A stretch of 64,000 bases of DNA from an uncultured Candidatus Poseidoniales archaeon (GTDB taxonomy: Archaea; Thermoplasmatota; Poseidoniia; Poseidoniales; CAYMED01). Position 1 is the first letter of the stretch; each line of letters begins with the position of its first letter. Positions 48,701 through 58,586 of the stretch are shown here, piece after piece. The translations under genes were made by a program, and so were the position numbers. The notes below the pieces were generated by a model. It ran no database searches. It saw nothing but the letters and a program-made list of their open reading frames with translations, and was not told the DNA's origin. The stretch lies in assembly GCA_964389655.1 (NCBI GenBank), contig CAYMED010000001.1:103780-167779 (forward strand), in the 5' to 3' direction.

Positions 48701-50379
48701 GGACAACATTAGTTGACAAGTCCTTGGGTAGTCTTCTTGGTGGTGAATTGTCATCTCAAATGATCCTAGAAATCCCCCCGACGTCTACAATTGGAGTTAG
48801 TTTGCACCGTATCCGCGTAGACTCCACTGACGAATGGGCAAATCGCACATCGAATAATGTTCTCGAATTCAATATTATTTCGGAAGATGTTGCTGTAAGT
48901 GCAGACATTGAAGCACCAGATGATTTAGAGCCCATAGAACTCATTAGGACAGATGATGGAGGCCTCCTGTTTTCGAGAGTTGGTGAGCAACTGCACGTTC
49001 GAAAAATGACAGCAACACGTACATTCATATCTTCACCCCTTGTTGTAGAAGATCGATGGTCAGGGGATCTTGCAGTATCTTCAACAGAAGGAGGTACTGT
49101 CTACGCTGCTTGGACGAGAATTGCTGAATCACATCATGGGTCATTAGTCCAATATGTCAGTCTCGCAGCGATAGGTCCACGCGGTGAGGTATCCAGCCAT
49201 ATTGACCTCTTGGGTCCTCGCCCAATCCTTGAGGGACGATGGTGGGGTTTGGATTTAGAGCAGCACAATGGGCATTGGAATTTGGCAGGATATGACCGCG
49301 ACCTTGCATCAAATGGCACATGGATCGCTCGAACATCGATTTGGATCCTTGATTCATCCACTCCATTAGTCAAATCCTCTTGGAAAATGACTCCCAGCGT
49401 CATTGCTGATGTTGATTTATTACCGTCACAGGGCCAATCCTTGGCACTGGGAGTCGGAGCACATCATGCTCATCTTTTGTATCAGTCACGCCGTGATGAT
49501 GGTGGGGGTCTTTCTCGTCTTGGAACGTTCTATGCCCATGGGAATGTTGGCACAGTAAAAGCTTGGGCCTTTGACATGGATGTTGGTGACCATGCATCTC
49601 AACCTAATTTAGAAGTTGTAGGCTCAAATGAGCAGAGCGACCTGCTTGCTCTTGCATGGTTTGAAGGTGCAGATTCATCGCGTCAACTTGTTATTCGAGC
49701 GATGCCAGACAATGCATCTAAAGATCAAACCACTGTGATGAGGATTTCTACTCCTTCTGGGACGCGTGTTGCAATTGACCAAGATGCCGTAGGTGCTGTA
49801 ATTTTATCTGATACTGCTCAGAGGTTTGGCCATCAGATTGTATGGGGAAGGATCTTCATTACTGCAAATGGCTCTCTTGACGTGTGGTATGGAAATGAAA
49901 TTGCTGATGGACGCCTAATTTCCGCATCATCATTGGCAGATGGTACAGAGGTCCTCTATGCCTCTGATGATGGACGCTTGCTTGTACGGGGGCTGGTGTT
50001 AGACCCCATTTCTCAATCCGTTCCGCAGAATTCCCAACGTGGTCTATCATCCCTTTTACCTTCATTATCTCTTCCAGTTGGTATTACATTCGCCGCCATT
50101 GTAGTTTTTTGTCTCACCGCGGTCTCTCTTCGTCGGAGGAAAATACGAAGAATAGGTGAGAACACCGCAAAAGTTTGGTCAAATGATGAAATGACAGCTA
50201 ATTCTATTTCCACTTCTGTTGGTGGTGAAGGCGAGCAGAAGGAAACGAAGCGTGAACGGAAGCAGAGAGAGCGCGAGGAAATTGAGGCCGAAGCCCAAAA
50301 AAGCGAGGCTGCAAAACTCCGCCAAGAACGCCGTAAATCACGAGTTGCTAAGATGGAACAAGATGATAATGAACATTAA
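45754..50379 (+). CDS. Secreted, membrane-anchored S8 (subtilisin) protease with Ig/CARDB-like domains
   Basis: Signal peptide; VLDTG, HGTHVAG, GTSMATP triad; PDL...N.G...NN CARDB-type repeats; C-terminal TM then RRRK. Confidence 0.92.
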   Translation: MRKGYHRRLALLVLFILVIPSLLQVPSTGVEESPSLQIVEALPSSTSAPIQIPGLPIPLCGDAPCLAIDRNPSIPSGSEIGHEPFGWWHTASPDRDHNGLDDRLQRILAGEYESPSPTAVIGPDGRLTVALVLDWGWHPGQRELDLVLHVLSAHGWNRHGADLFLPPTLDSIVIDRVPVSAITDLWHIYGVVHVEQQNVMVPFNDVAAKAVRARPSEDYWATAHERGYRGDGVVIAVLDTGVDNEHRSLNDFDDVDDEPNLDPQSYSDPKWVAGYDATNPVSNPDGTVDPDDSNEPSGHGTHVAGTALGTGDDTRQHMGVAPGAYLVDVKVLTDAGGTNSASSIRGLTWVLNNSDSDWGNNASSRGIQVASMSFGSASNPNDDDVGDNGTSSEARLVNQIVASGVTCVIAMGNDGKNRVPSPASADLAITVGNVNERGTVDRSDDLMNPSSNFGPRLSDDDDNTYDELKPTVSAPGTAINSARFVGAGSVPNPLGDRPKADREYHELTGTSMATPVVSGVVALMLQADSDLEPNDIRSLMENHSESFDDAYDSTLHPVWNARWGFGMVDSTALLDAILGEDNGGGSPGGPGTDPNSTQGGPEWVIIEQPTNASWVVRGKAMEIRGSIDAPSGEVVDRIQVQIGNGEWINVAVGKTWSRTVNIDSEYPFGEHLYIRVRARSEGGEWSTTASRFVWVGAMKVFPDAPPADRALSGEQTLTANWEAIDPNRIEIKIDDGDWMVKGTMSIDESHSHSGTIYANGTWSYTFNTDTLPDGQHKVRFRVVNDSGLLSDEAAITVVIDNINAPDLRVRGDLAVETASGQTVGSAWVGERLQVSAEITNIGDATASDVLVRLEENGLICDAVIFTIESGANVVVKFHYTSENSTCASLAGDANLVVRIDPEKQIDDVDRSNNEAETTFKLLERPSGIDLLVHRTDVSTDPRIPRPSDPFYIQLYVSNEGADVSNSAIITIDRWGTVNGNGGWTTLVDKSLGSLLGGELSSQMILEIPPTSTIGVSLHRIRVDSTDEWANRTSNNVLEFNIISEDVAVSADIEAPDDLEPIELIRTDDGGLLFSRVGEQLHVRKMTATRTFISSPLVVEDRWSGDLAVSSTEGGTVYAAWTRIAESHHGSLVQYVSLAAIGPRGEVSSHIDLLGPRPILEGRWWGLDLEQHNGHWNLAGYDRDLASNGTWIARTSIWILDSSTPLVKSSWKMTPSVIADVDLLPSQGQSLALGVGAHHAHLLYQSRRDDGGGLSRLGTFYAHGNVGTVKAWAFDMDVGDHASQPNLEVVGSNEQSDLLALAWFEGADSSRQLVIRAMPDNASKDQTTVMRISTPSGTRVAIDQDAVGAVILSDTAQRFGHQIVWGRIFITANGSLDVWYGNEIADGRLISASSLADGTEVLYASDDGRLLVRGLVLDPISQSVPQNSQRGLSSLLPSLSLPVGITFAAIVVFCLTAVSLRRRKIRRIGENTAKVWSNDEMTANSISTSVGGEGEQKETKRERKQREREEIEAEAQKSEAAKLRQERRKSRVAKMEQDDNEH

Positions 50380-50434
50380 CTGATATCCTCATAGTTCAAT
50401 AGCAGTTGTCATTACCGTTAGTTAAAGTGGTTTC

Positions 50435-52258
50435 ATGTGTGGTATCTTTGGAAGCGTCGGTGATGACCGCAACATAAGGCACCTGGTGGAAGGCCTCCAG
50501 CGCCTTGAATATCGCGGATATGATAGTGCTGGAATTGCGTGGATTGAGGATGGAGGTCTAGCAATTCACAAATCAATTGGCCGGGTAGGTGAAATGGCTG
50601 CTAACTTGCCACCTGCACGCTCGGCCTGCGGAATCTCGCACACGCGCTGGGCAACACATGGGGGTGTAACCAATGAAAACGCTCACCCACATTTAGATCC
50701 CAATGGTCGTGTCGCGATTGTCCACAATGGGATTATCGATAATGCAGACTTGTTACGGTCGAACCTTGAGCGCCTTGGTGCCACATTTGAATCAGAAACG
50801 GACTCGGAAATTCTAGCCCACCTCATATCTAGATCTCTCTCTCGGGTAGATAGCCCAGTTGAAGCCGTAAGGTCTGCTTTGAAGCGGGTGCGAGGAACAT
50901 GGGGCTTAGCAGTCATATTTGCAGACCATCCCGAAATCATTGTCTGTGCCCGCAATGGATCCCCTCTTGTTGTTGGATTAGGTAAGGGTGAGACTTTTGT
51001 TTCAAGTGACCCACATGCACTGATTCCAGTAACTCGGGACGTCGTATTTCTTGAAGATGGAGATGTTGCTACATTGACCTCTAGTGGCTTACGAAAATGG
51101 CGATCAGATGGGGAAGAAAGCGATTCAGTAGTTGAAACAATAGAGGATGAATGGGAATTAGAATCGAAAGGCGATCACCCTCACTTTATGCATAAAGAAA
51201 TACATGAACAGCCAAGATCTCTTCGATTATGTATTTCGGGCCGCGTTCTTGCCAAAGAAGGACAAGCAAGATTGGGTGGCCTCCACCTTTCACCAGAACA
51301 ATTGCAATCCATTTCTCATGTTCGCTTGCTTGGATGCGGGACTGCTTTTCATGCTGCCCAAATTGGCGCTAGCGTCATTGAGCGCCTTGCTCGAGTCCCA
51401 GCATCTGCACATATTGCCAGTGAATTTCGACATGGACAGCCCGTGATAGACCCCAATGCCCTCTACTTTGCAGTTAGTCAATCTGGTGAAACAGCAGATA
51501 CTCTCTCGGCAGTGAAAGAGATACAACTCAAAGGGGGTCACGTAATGGGCGTAGTCAATGTTGTGGGCTCATCAATTGCACGAGCTTGTGGCCAAGGGGC
51601 ATATATTCATTCAGGTCCAGAACAAGCTGTAGCCTCAACCAAAGCATTCTCAAACATGGTTGCGGCTCTTACGCTGTTTGGCCTGCAAATTGGGAGGTCC
51701 CGCGACCTTAGCCGTTCCAAGGGCCAAGAAATTGCTAAAGCGATAGTCGAGATTCCATCAAAGGTAGAATTGGCGTTAAAGGATCCCGGGCCAATCGATG
51801 ATGCTGTACGTCTAGTTGCAGGAACTCGCCCAGTATTATTTCTAGGCCGTGGGCAATCAGCTGCCGTGGCTAGGGAGGGTGCTCTCAAACTGATGGAGGT
51901 CGCCTATGTTCCCTGTCTTGCTTACCCCGCAGCAGAGATGAAACATGGGCCTATTGCCTTGTTGGAAGAAGGCAGCACAGTTGTTGTCGTCGCCCCAAAT
52001 GACGAACTCAAGGAACGCACTCTCTCAAATATACAGGAATGCCGTGCACGAGGTGCTTCAATCATTCTTGTTCATACAACTGATGATGATATTGCTGAGT
52101 ATGCCGACGTGGCCTTGCCCGTCCCTAAGACTCACCCTATCCTGTCAGGGATGCTATCAGTACTACCGCTACAATTGCTAGCATATGGCGCGGGTTTAGC
52201 ACTTGGATGTGACATTGATCGCCCACGAAACCTAGCTAAATCAGTCACTGTTGAATGA
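50435..52258 (+). CDS. glmS: Glutamine-fructose-6-phosphate aminotransferase
   Basis: MCGIFG, LEYRGYDSAG, HTRWATHG, SQSGETADT, PRNLAKSVTVE. Confidence 0.97.
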   Translation: MCGIFGSVGDDRNIRHLVEGLQRLEYRGYDSAGIAWIEDGGLAIHKSIGRVGEMAANLPPARSACGISHTRWATHGGVTNENAHPHLDPNGRVAIVHNGIIDNADLLRSNLERLGATFESETDSEILAHLISRSLSRVDSPVEAVRSALKRVRGTWGLAVIFADHPEIIVCARNGSPLVVGLGKGETFVSSDPHALIPVTRDVVFLEDGDVATLTSSGLRKWRSDGEESDSVVETIEDEWELESKGDHPHFMHKEIHEQPRSLRLCISGRVLAKEGQARLGGLHLSPEQLQSISHVRLLGCGTAFHAAQIGASVIERLARVPASAHIASEFRHGQPVIDPNALYFAVSQSGETADTLSAVKEIQLKGGHVMGVVNVVGSSIARACGQGAYIHSGPEQAVASTKAFSNMVAALTLFGLQIGRSRDLSRSKGQEIAKAIVEIPSKVELALKDPGPIDDAVRLVAGTRPVLFLGRGQSAAVAREGALKLMEVAYVPCLAYPAAEMKHGPIALLEEGSTVVVVAPNDELKERTLSNIQECRARGASIILVHTTDDDIAEYADVALPVPKTHPILSGMLSVLPLQLLAYGAGLALGCDIDRPRNLAKSVTVE

Positions 52259-52280
52259 CCTTTACTCAGGTTATCCGGTT

Positions 52281-53012
52281 TCAAGACACGGAGAACCGCT
52301 TTTCATCAGGGTCCCATTTGAAGCCACTGTAGCCAAGCTTGTGTTCTGTATGGCGCATTTTGATGACTGCGAGTTTGCGGGTAAATGAATCTCCATTTCG
52401 CTCCATCGCCAGAGAGATAACTCCATCAGAAAGGTAATCTTCGACTCCGAATTCACCGTATTGGTTTTTTGTCTCACCCATCATTTCACAAACGAAAAAT
52501 GAAGTCAAGCCCATTCTGCGCACTGCTTCAAACACACGAAAAATCTCATCACGGGCCCGTTCTTTCTCGGTACGAGTCAGCTGAAAGAATGCACCAATGC
52601 TGTCAAATATAAGCAATTCAAAACCGATTGTATCTCGATATTTCTGAAGTTGGCGCAATAGTTGCCCCATCCAATCAATCTTATCGGTCATATGTTGTTT
52701 GTCGAGTTGCACGCGTAAATCTGCAAGGTCGATCACAGCGATTCTATTTCGTACACGAGGGTCATCAACATCCATCCCCATTCCTGCCATGTGTTTTGCT
52801 AAACTCTCCTTTCCTTGTTCAAGTGTAAGATACACGCCAGAGGTGCCTTCGTGCAGAACCGCATTGTAAAGCATGCTAAATGCAATACTAGATTTCATGG
52901 ACCCTGAAACACCCGAAACAAGAACAATATGGCCTTCTGGAATCCCCCCTTGCATGCGCTCGTCAAGTCCTTGAATGAATGTGCGAAAGCGTCGGCTAGT
53001 AGGCTCGGCCAT
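52281..53012 (-). CDS. KaiC/RAD55-like single-domain ATPase
   Basis: GLDERMQGGIP, GVSGSMKSS, FDSI, EDYLSDGVI, KMRHT. Confidence 0.85.
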   Translation of the reverse strand: MAEPTSRRFRTFIQGLDERMQGGIPEGHIVLVSGVSGSMKSSIAFSMLYNAVLHEGTSGVYLTLEQGKESLAKHMAGMGMDVDDPRVRNRIAVIDLADLRVQLDKQHMTDKIDWMGQLLRQLQKYRDTIGFELLIFDSIGAFFQLTRTEKERARDEIFRVFEAVRRMGLTSFFVCEMMGETKNQYGEFGVEDYLSDGVISLAMERNGDSFTRKLAVIKMRHTEHKLGYSGFKWDPDEKRFSVS

Positions 53013-53087
53013 GTGAATCGTGTGTGGATGGATGATTATAAGATAAAACCAACCCATTCAACCGTCAAGTTGGCATGAGGTGTTCAC

Positions 53088-53753
53088 GTGGCCCAAAAAC
53101 CGCTGCTTCCAATCATTTCTCTTGCATCAAAATCAACACGCCGGAGGGAAATTCTAGAATCGAGATGGGGGAACTTGGTATCCCTTCAATCATCTTTTTT
53201 AGATGCCGATGAACCGGATTTTCAAGGAACTTCAGCCTTTAAACGGGTTTATTCGACAGTTTGTTGGAAGGCTCATCAAGCAGTCACATCGGAATTTCTT
53301 CATGCTTGTGACGCGGTTATTGTAGCGGATACACTCATAGAAGATCCAGAATCTAGTTTGGCACTCGGCCAACCAAAATCTCCTGAAGATGCATCAAAAA
53401 TGCTTTCTCATCTTATTGGACGCCGTCATCGGGTTTGGACATCTACCGCCCTAATCATTCCTGAAGAAGGTCCTCTTGTCGAAGGACTTCAGTCAATGGA
53501 CCTAGGCCTGCCAGAATGTACTGCTTGGATGAATGTGGTTTCAGCAGATGTGGATGTAAGCATGGTCTCAAGGCATGACCTCGATGAGTATGTAAAATCT
53601 GGATATTGGAGAGGGAAAGCAGGAGGTTATGATGCGGATGGCGCATTTAGTGAATGGATTGAGCATATTCACGGTGACAGGGAAACTGTTCTTGGAATTT
53701 CCACGTTGGTACTTGAGTCTCTTGAGAAGGCTTTTGACATCATTCTTCAATGA
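53088..53753 (+). CDS. Maf-family nucleoside triphosphate pyrophosphatase
   Basis: LASKSTRRREIL, VADT, KAGGY. Confidence 0.85.
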   Translation: MAQKPLLPIISLASKSTRRREILESRWGNLVSLQSSFLDADEPDFQGTSAFKRVYSTVCWKAHQAVTSEFLHACDAVIVADTLIEDPESSLALGQPKSPEDASKMLSHLIGRRHRVWTSTALIIPEEGPLVEGLQSMDLGLPECTAWMNVVSADVDVSMVSRHDLDEYVKSGYWRGKAGGYDADGAFSEWIEHIHGDRETVLGISTLVLESLEKAFDIILQ

Positions 53754-54793
53754 TTATATGCAGATACGCACAATTTCAATCCTTCTTCAAGAGATGTTTC
53801 AGCCTTCCATCCCAATTTTGCAGTGGCTGAACTAGCATCCCCCCGTCTCCGTGGCACATCTCCAGGATGTCCCTCAACAATTTCCGTATTCCTCAAAGTA
53901 GGGTCAACAGATCCCTTTGCTATTCGAATCAGGGAACTGGCCAATTTTTGTATGGAGATTTCATCTTCACTTGTGATATCTAATGCACACCCTGAAAGAG
54001 AAGTTCCATCTTTTCCGATATCTAAGTTACCCGCTAGAATGAATGCATTGATTACGTCGCCGATCCAAGTAAATGCCCTTGTTTGTGTCCCTGGTGCGTG
54101 AATTGGAAGAGGGTCGCCTCGAAGAGCTGCGCGCAGAAATATTCCGACAACTTGTCCACCCGCATCATCAATCTGGCGTGGTCCATATGCATTATGGGGC
54201 CGTATAATTCTTGCATCTAGATTTGAAGATCGAACGAGATGTTGGATTCGGATTTCATCTAGGTGTTTTGCAACACCGTATGAATGGCGACCGTGCCGGC
54301 TGGGATTTTCAAAAAGGCTTGCTTCATGAGGCAAACTGCTATGTCCTGTAGCTAATCCAAATGCTTCAGGACTTGATGCATAAACGAGTCTAATTGAATA
54401 CTTATTCGATAACTCAAGCACTGCTTTGGTGCATCCAAGATTCACATCAATGACGTCATCTGCTCGATCATGAAACCATTGAGTTCCATTTATTGCAGCT
54501 AGATGAACAATAACATCAGGAACTCCGTGCCTCTGAAGCAGTCTTTCGGAGAGTCCGGGGTTGCGTAAATCTCTGACAATCAAATCGAAATTTGCATTTT
54601 CGATAGACTTTTCAAGGTTTTTTCTAGATCCCCTGCTTAAGTCATCGATTCCCAGAACTGAATGGTTTTCATTTAGGAGCCGATCTACCAAATGACTTCC
54701 GATGAATCCAGCCGCCCCGGTTACCCACCACCCCGCCATATGGCGTGGCACCCCATGTCTACTGATGGATGCCACGGTCATAAACTCGCTCAA
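53747..54793 (-). CDS. NAD-dependent nucleotide-sugar epimerase/dehydratase
   Basis: TGAAGFIGSH, HLAA, YGVAK, RPHNAYGP, QTRAF. Confidence 0.88.
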   Translation of the reverse strand: MSEFMTVASISRHGVPRHMAGWWVTGAAGFIGSHLVDRLLNENHSVLGIDDLSRGSRKNLEKSIENANFDLIVRDLRNPGLSERLLQRHGVPDVIVHLAAINGTQWFHDRADDVIDVNLGCTKAVLELSNKYSIRLVYASSPEAFGLATGHSSLPHEASLFENPSRHGRHSYGVAKHLDEIRIQHLVRSSNLDARIIRPHNAYGPRQIDDAGGQVVGIFLRAALRGDPLPIHAPGTQTRAFTWIGDVINAFILAGNLDIGKDGTSLSGCALDITSEDEISIQKLASSLIRIAKGSVDPTLRNTEIVEGHPGDVPRRRGDASSATAKLGWKAETSLEEGLKLCVSAYNH

Positions 54794-56516
54794 TCACTTC
54801 AAGGATGACTTTTTCTTTGATCAACCTCATCTCAATAAGATCGCCATTGTTGATTTCAAGACATGGGTCTGCACTGAAACCGTGAGCATACGGTATCTTA
54901 AGCAGAGAACAGGCTGGTAGGACAAGTGGGCACACATCTCGGCTGATGATTGCTAGGGGTCCTCTATTTACATACGCTAAACCCATCAATACATAGGGGG
55001 CGACAGTTGACCCAGAGCCTCTTGGGTGGATGAGAACTTTTCCATCTATTTGGTGTCCATTGAGCGGATGTGATTCGTCCTCAATTATGCCCGTTTCTCG
55101 ATTTACATGACCAAGCCATGTCAAAGGAACATCTGTTACCAAGGCTTCACCTCTCACCTTCCAGATTTTTTGGCTAGATATTGATCTTCCTTCAAGTGTA
55201 CAAGGGCCTTGACGATCTGTTTTTGATGTGGGGCTAAGCTCTTTTTTCCGATCTTCAAGAGTTGGCTGCTTCCCATGTGCTAATGATGGTTCAAAAGCAT
55301 GTGCTACACAATCCTTCAATCTTGCAACAGAAGTAGGTAGACGATTTAGCCCACTCGTCAGATAATGTTCAGCCTTCATCGAATTTGTGAGCAAATGGTT
55401 GTATTTTTTCCGGTTATAGGGAGTTACTTCTGGGCATGTATCTTTCAGCACAATGGCTCCAGCCTCAGTGAGCAATGCTACTGTTCCTTCTTCCTCTAAC
55501 TGCTCATAATTGAATGCACTTGTAAAAACCCATAGCCGCTGATTTTGGATTTGAAAACCAAGTTCCATGCGTGCGCGAACATGTGCAGCAGTAGCACGTA
55601 CCTCGCCTATGCTTGCTTGTGGACAACCAATCACAATTAGGTCCACGGTACCAGTTGGAGAAAGTTCATCCAAGCGTCGTTCAAGGCATTTTTCTGTAAA
55701 ATGGATTTCTGGTATCCTCCCCAAGGGGGGGGGGTCGGATGTTATTCCATCGATCCAAAGCATTGGACAACCATGATTTGCAGCAGCTGCAGTCAATGCT
55801 TTTTTCATTTCAAATGAAGCATCTACAGGAAGTCCCTTAAACAACGGCATAGGACCGTACGGGAAATTCAATTCAGGAGACATGCATGTGCTGATCCAAT
55901 CCCCTAACACACTCCATTCAGTTGGTTCTTCAAGTTTGCAATCGACGTGGATAACCATATTCGGCTTCCTATTTTCTTTGAGATGTAGGCCCCATTTTGG
56001 TGCCCAACCAGTTAGGGCAGTTGCCAATGCAGAAAGACCAGACTCTCTATTTGTGATGAGGTTTGAGTAGGTATTTGCATAACAAACCGCATTTGACTCT
56101 GCCCACGCACCAAGGCTGCTCTCAATTTGATTTCCCCGATCATATGGGGTACAAGATAGAGTTGCATATATGCCAAGACTTTCATAAGCGTGGATGATCT
56201 CAAATTGCAGTTTAAGGAAATCAGGAACTACAATATTCATTTCTTTCATTTGTTCATGGTCGCATCCTGCTGCATTGAGGGTTGTGGGGATCGCTACTTC
56301 GGCATTTATGTCACTGGTCAGTTCGGAAAGGAAGCGACGTAATCCGTATCCTCCTGTAAGGACAGATACACCTGAAACATGTGCCTCGTCAACCTCAACA
56401 AAATCAGAAACTTTAGCGACATTTGCAAGATCGATTATAAGACGCGCAGCCATTTGTGCAGCTGGTCCTTTTCCTCCCTCCAGCATGGTACGTAAAGGCT
56501 GAGGAATCAGCATCAT
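54759..56516 (-). CDS. Aconitase X, catalytic and swiveling domains fused; probable phosphomevalonate dehydratase
   Basis: AHVSGVS, SCTPY, WAESNA, TNRE, GCPQAS, DTCP; C-terminal small-subunit GEALVT...ETGII...GSGSTV. Confidence 0.82.
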   Translation of the reverse strand: MMLIPQPLRTMLEGGKGPAAQMAARLIIDLANVAKVSDFVEVDEAHVSGVSVLTGGYGLRRFLSELTSDINAEVAIPTTLNAAGCDHEQMKEMNIVVPDFLKLQFEIIHAYESLGIYATLSCTPYDRGNQIESSLGAWAESNAVCYANTYSNLITNRESGLSALATALTGWAPKWGLHLKENRKPNMVIHVDCKLEEPTEWSVLGDWISTCMSPELNFPYGPMPLFKGLPVDASFEMKKALTAAAANHGCPMLWIDGITSDPPPLGRIPEIHFTEKCLERRLDELSPTGTVDLIVIGCPQASIGEVRATAAHVRARMELGFQIQNQRLWVFTSAFNYEQLEEEGTVALLTEAGAIVLKDTCPEVTPYNRKKYNHLLTNSMKAEHYLTSGLNRLPTSVARLKDCVAHAFEPSLAHGKQPTLEDRKKELSPTSKTDRQGPCTLEGRSISSQKIWKVRGEALVTDVPLTWLGHVNRETGIIEDESHPLNGHQIDGKVLIHPRGSGSTVAPYVLMGLAYVNRGPLAIISRDVCPLVLPACSLLKIPYAHGFSADPCLEINNGDLIEMRLIKEKVILEVIERVYDRGIHQ

Positions 56517-56581
56517 CGTGGTGCAGGGGCTATTGACAAAAGAACTACGCGCCAAATTGAACAAGATCATTATGATGTCTG

Positions 56582-56797
56582 TTAACTACCATCGAGACGC
56601 GCATAGGTGTCTTGAGCGATTGCCACTTTGCGACCGTTTTGATCAAGCAGATCGGCTTCTGCAACACACAGGTGTTTGCCCGACTTCACTCCTCGAGCGT
56701 GGCAGGTAGCGTCTAGGGTGTTCATCATAGGGACTTTGTTCACCCTATACATCATGGCCTCAATCTCGGCTTTGCTCAATGTTGTCGTGTCAATCAT
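56582..56797 (-). pseudogene. PaaI-like hot-dog thioesterase remnant with internal deletion
   Basis: 71 aa; C-terminus ARGVKSGKHLCVAEADLLDQNGRKVAIAQDTY is PaaI-like but the central HGG catalytic region is absent. Confidence 0.5.
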
Positions 56798-56814
56798 GGC
56801 ATAACGCCTCTTGT

Positions 56815-58545
56815 CTATTCAGTTTGCGTGTGTTTTGCTGCGAGTGGTTGTCTCCACCCTTGCCCAAATGCCCGTTCACTCACTCTTGGTGCAGGGGGCA
56901 TCTGCCAGCGCTTGTGCTCGGCATAATTGAATTTCTCAAGTACGTCGATGATTACATCAGGACTTGCTATTTTTGCTGCGATAATAGATTCTAAACTCAT
57001 CCCTTTTTCGATATGCAACGAGAGAATCTGATCCAGTATGGTATATGGGGGTAATGAATCCTCATCAATCTGGTTTGGAGCTAATTCAGCACTTGGAGAT
57101 TTGTCGAGAATATGTGAGTGGATTGGGGGAATATTTTCTTTTTCAAGAGCCTCTTGATTCAAAACATGTGCTATGTCGTAAACTTCAGTTTTGTATAAGT
57201 CGCCTATTGGTGCATAGCCCCCTGCCATGTCACCATATAGTGTGCAATAACCGACGGCTAATTCGGATTTATTTCCTGTTGCCAATAACATTCCTCCCCG
57301 CGCATTAGCAATTCCCATCAGTAATACAGCACGCAAGCGTGCTTGGATGTTTTCAGCAGCAACATTGTGGCCCATTTTTAGTTCATCTTGAATCACGAAT
57401 TCTGTTGCTTGATGCATTTCCTTAATTCCTCGTTGGAGCAATTCAATACCTAGTGCATTTGCAACTTCGATTGCATCCTCAATACTATGTGCTGATGAAT
57501 GGCGTGAAGGCATGGCAAGTGCACAAACAGCATCAGGTCCAAGAGCACGAGATGCTAGAGCTGCAACGACAGCTGAATCAATACCCCCGGAGAGCCCAAG
57601 GACAACGCGCTCGATTCCAGACTTCTCTACATAATCTGAAAGTCCAATACTAACAGCATCTAGCAAGTCTCTAGCATCACTAGGGAGCTTTGGGTTTTCA
57701 TTTGGGCGTGTCAATAGTGGTGAGCTTTGGGTTGAAGTGGTAGTGTCAAGGGGAATCCACTTGCAAGCAGTAGGGTCATCAAGGTCGACTAAGAATATTC
57801 CCTCTTCCCATGCAGGGGCCATGACGATGTGTCCATCAGGCCAAGCAACCATACTTCGCCCATCAAATACAAGGTCGTCCATTCCTCCTACTTGGTTTGC
57901 TACAAGAAAAGGATGTCCTAGACTTGCCGCTGCAGCGCGAGCCACTCCAAAGCGAGTTGCTGACTTACGCAAATGGTACGGGGATGCTGACAAATTCACA
58001 GTTGCCGCCAAAGTTTCTCTTCCTGCAATCATCTCACTGATCTGCTCTATTGGGTCTAAATCATAATCAGATGGGACTTCACCAGCACATTGCCAGGCAT
58101 CTTCACAGACAGTAATTGCAATTGAAACCCCATTTTTGATGCGGATAATGCCAGGCGATCGTCCAGATTCAAAATATCTTGATTCATCAAAAACATCGTA
58201 TGCTGGTAGAAGTTGTTTACGTGCAACAATTCGGGGAAGTGCGCCTGACATGCACAAATAAACTCCGTTAGAGGGCTTTCGTCTAGATCCTTCTGGAAGA
58301 AGTGCAGAACCAATTAGCATAGGTATTTGACGCCCTATGGTCTTAATTTCCTCAATTCCCTTTTTGATAAAATCAGGTCTATTAAGGCGATCTCGGGGTG
58401 GATATCCATGGATCATCAATTCAGGGGTTACTGCTAGGTCCACTTCCTCGGGTGCGAGAAGATCCAATGCCTTCTCAACGCGTTTTCGATTGTCCTGAAA
58501 CGCCCCAACTGTCGGGTCGAGTTGTAGAAGAGCGATCATAGGCAC
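56815..58545 (-). CDS. nadE: Glutamine-dependent NAD+ synthetase
   Basis: Nitrilase domain PEL..GYPP, KQLLP.YDVFDE.RYF, CEDAW; GLSGGIDS, ENIQAR, TGNKSE, YCTLYGD. Confidence 0.95.
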   Translation of the reverse strand: MPMIALLQLDPTVGAFQDNRKRVEKALDLLAPEEVDLAVTPELMIHGYPPRDRLNRPDFIKKGIEEIKTIGRQIPMLIGSALLPEGSRRKPSNGVYLCMSGALPRIVARKQLLPAYDVFDESRYFESGRSPGIIRIKNGVSIAITVCEDAWQCAGEVPSDYDLDPIEQISEMIAGRETLAATVNLSASPYHLRKSATRFGVARAAAASLGHPFLVANQVGGMDDLVFDGRSMVAWPDGHIVMAPAWEEGIFLVDLDDPTACKWIPLDTTTSTQSSPLLTRPNENPKLPSDARDLLDAVSIGLSDYVEKSGIERVVLGLSGGIDSAVVAALASRALGPDAVCALAMPSRHSSAHSIEDAIEVANALGIELLQRGIKEMHQATEFVIQDELKMGHNVAAENIQARLRAVLLMGIANARGGMLLATGNKSELAVGYCTLYGDMAGGYAPIGDLYKTEVYDIAHVLNQEALEKENIPPIHSHILDKSPSAELAPNQIDEDSLPPYTILDQILSLHIEKGMSLESIIAAKIASPDVIIDVLEKFNYAEHKRWQMPPAPRVSERAFGQGWRQPLAAKHTQTE

Positions 58546-58586
58546 ATGCTCCGGATGGTGCGCCCCTCCATCAGGGCTGCGGCTGT

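Noticed and set aside
52281-53012. Circadian clock KaiC
   Set aside because: Single-domain KaiC-like ATPases are common in archaea; no kaiA/kaiB nearby
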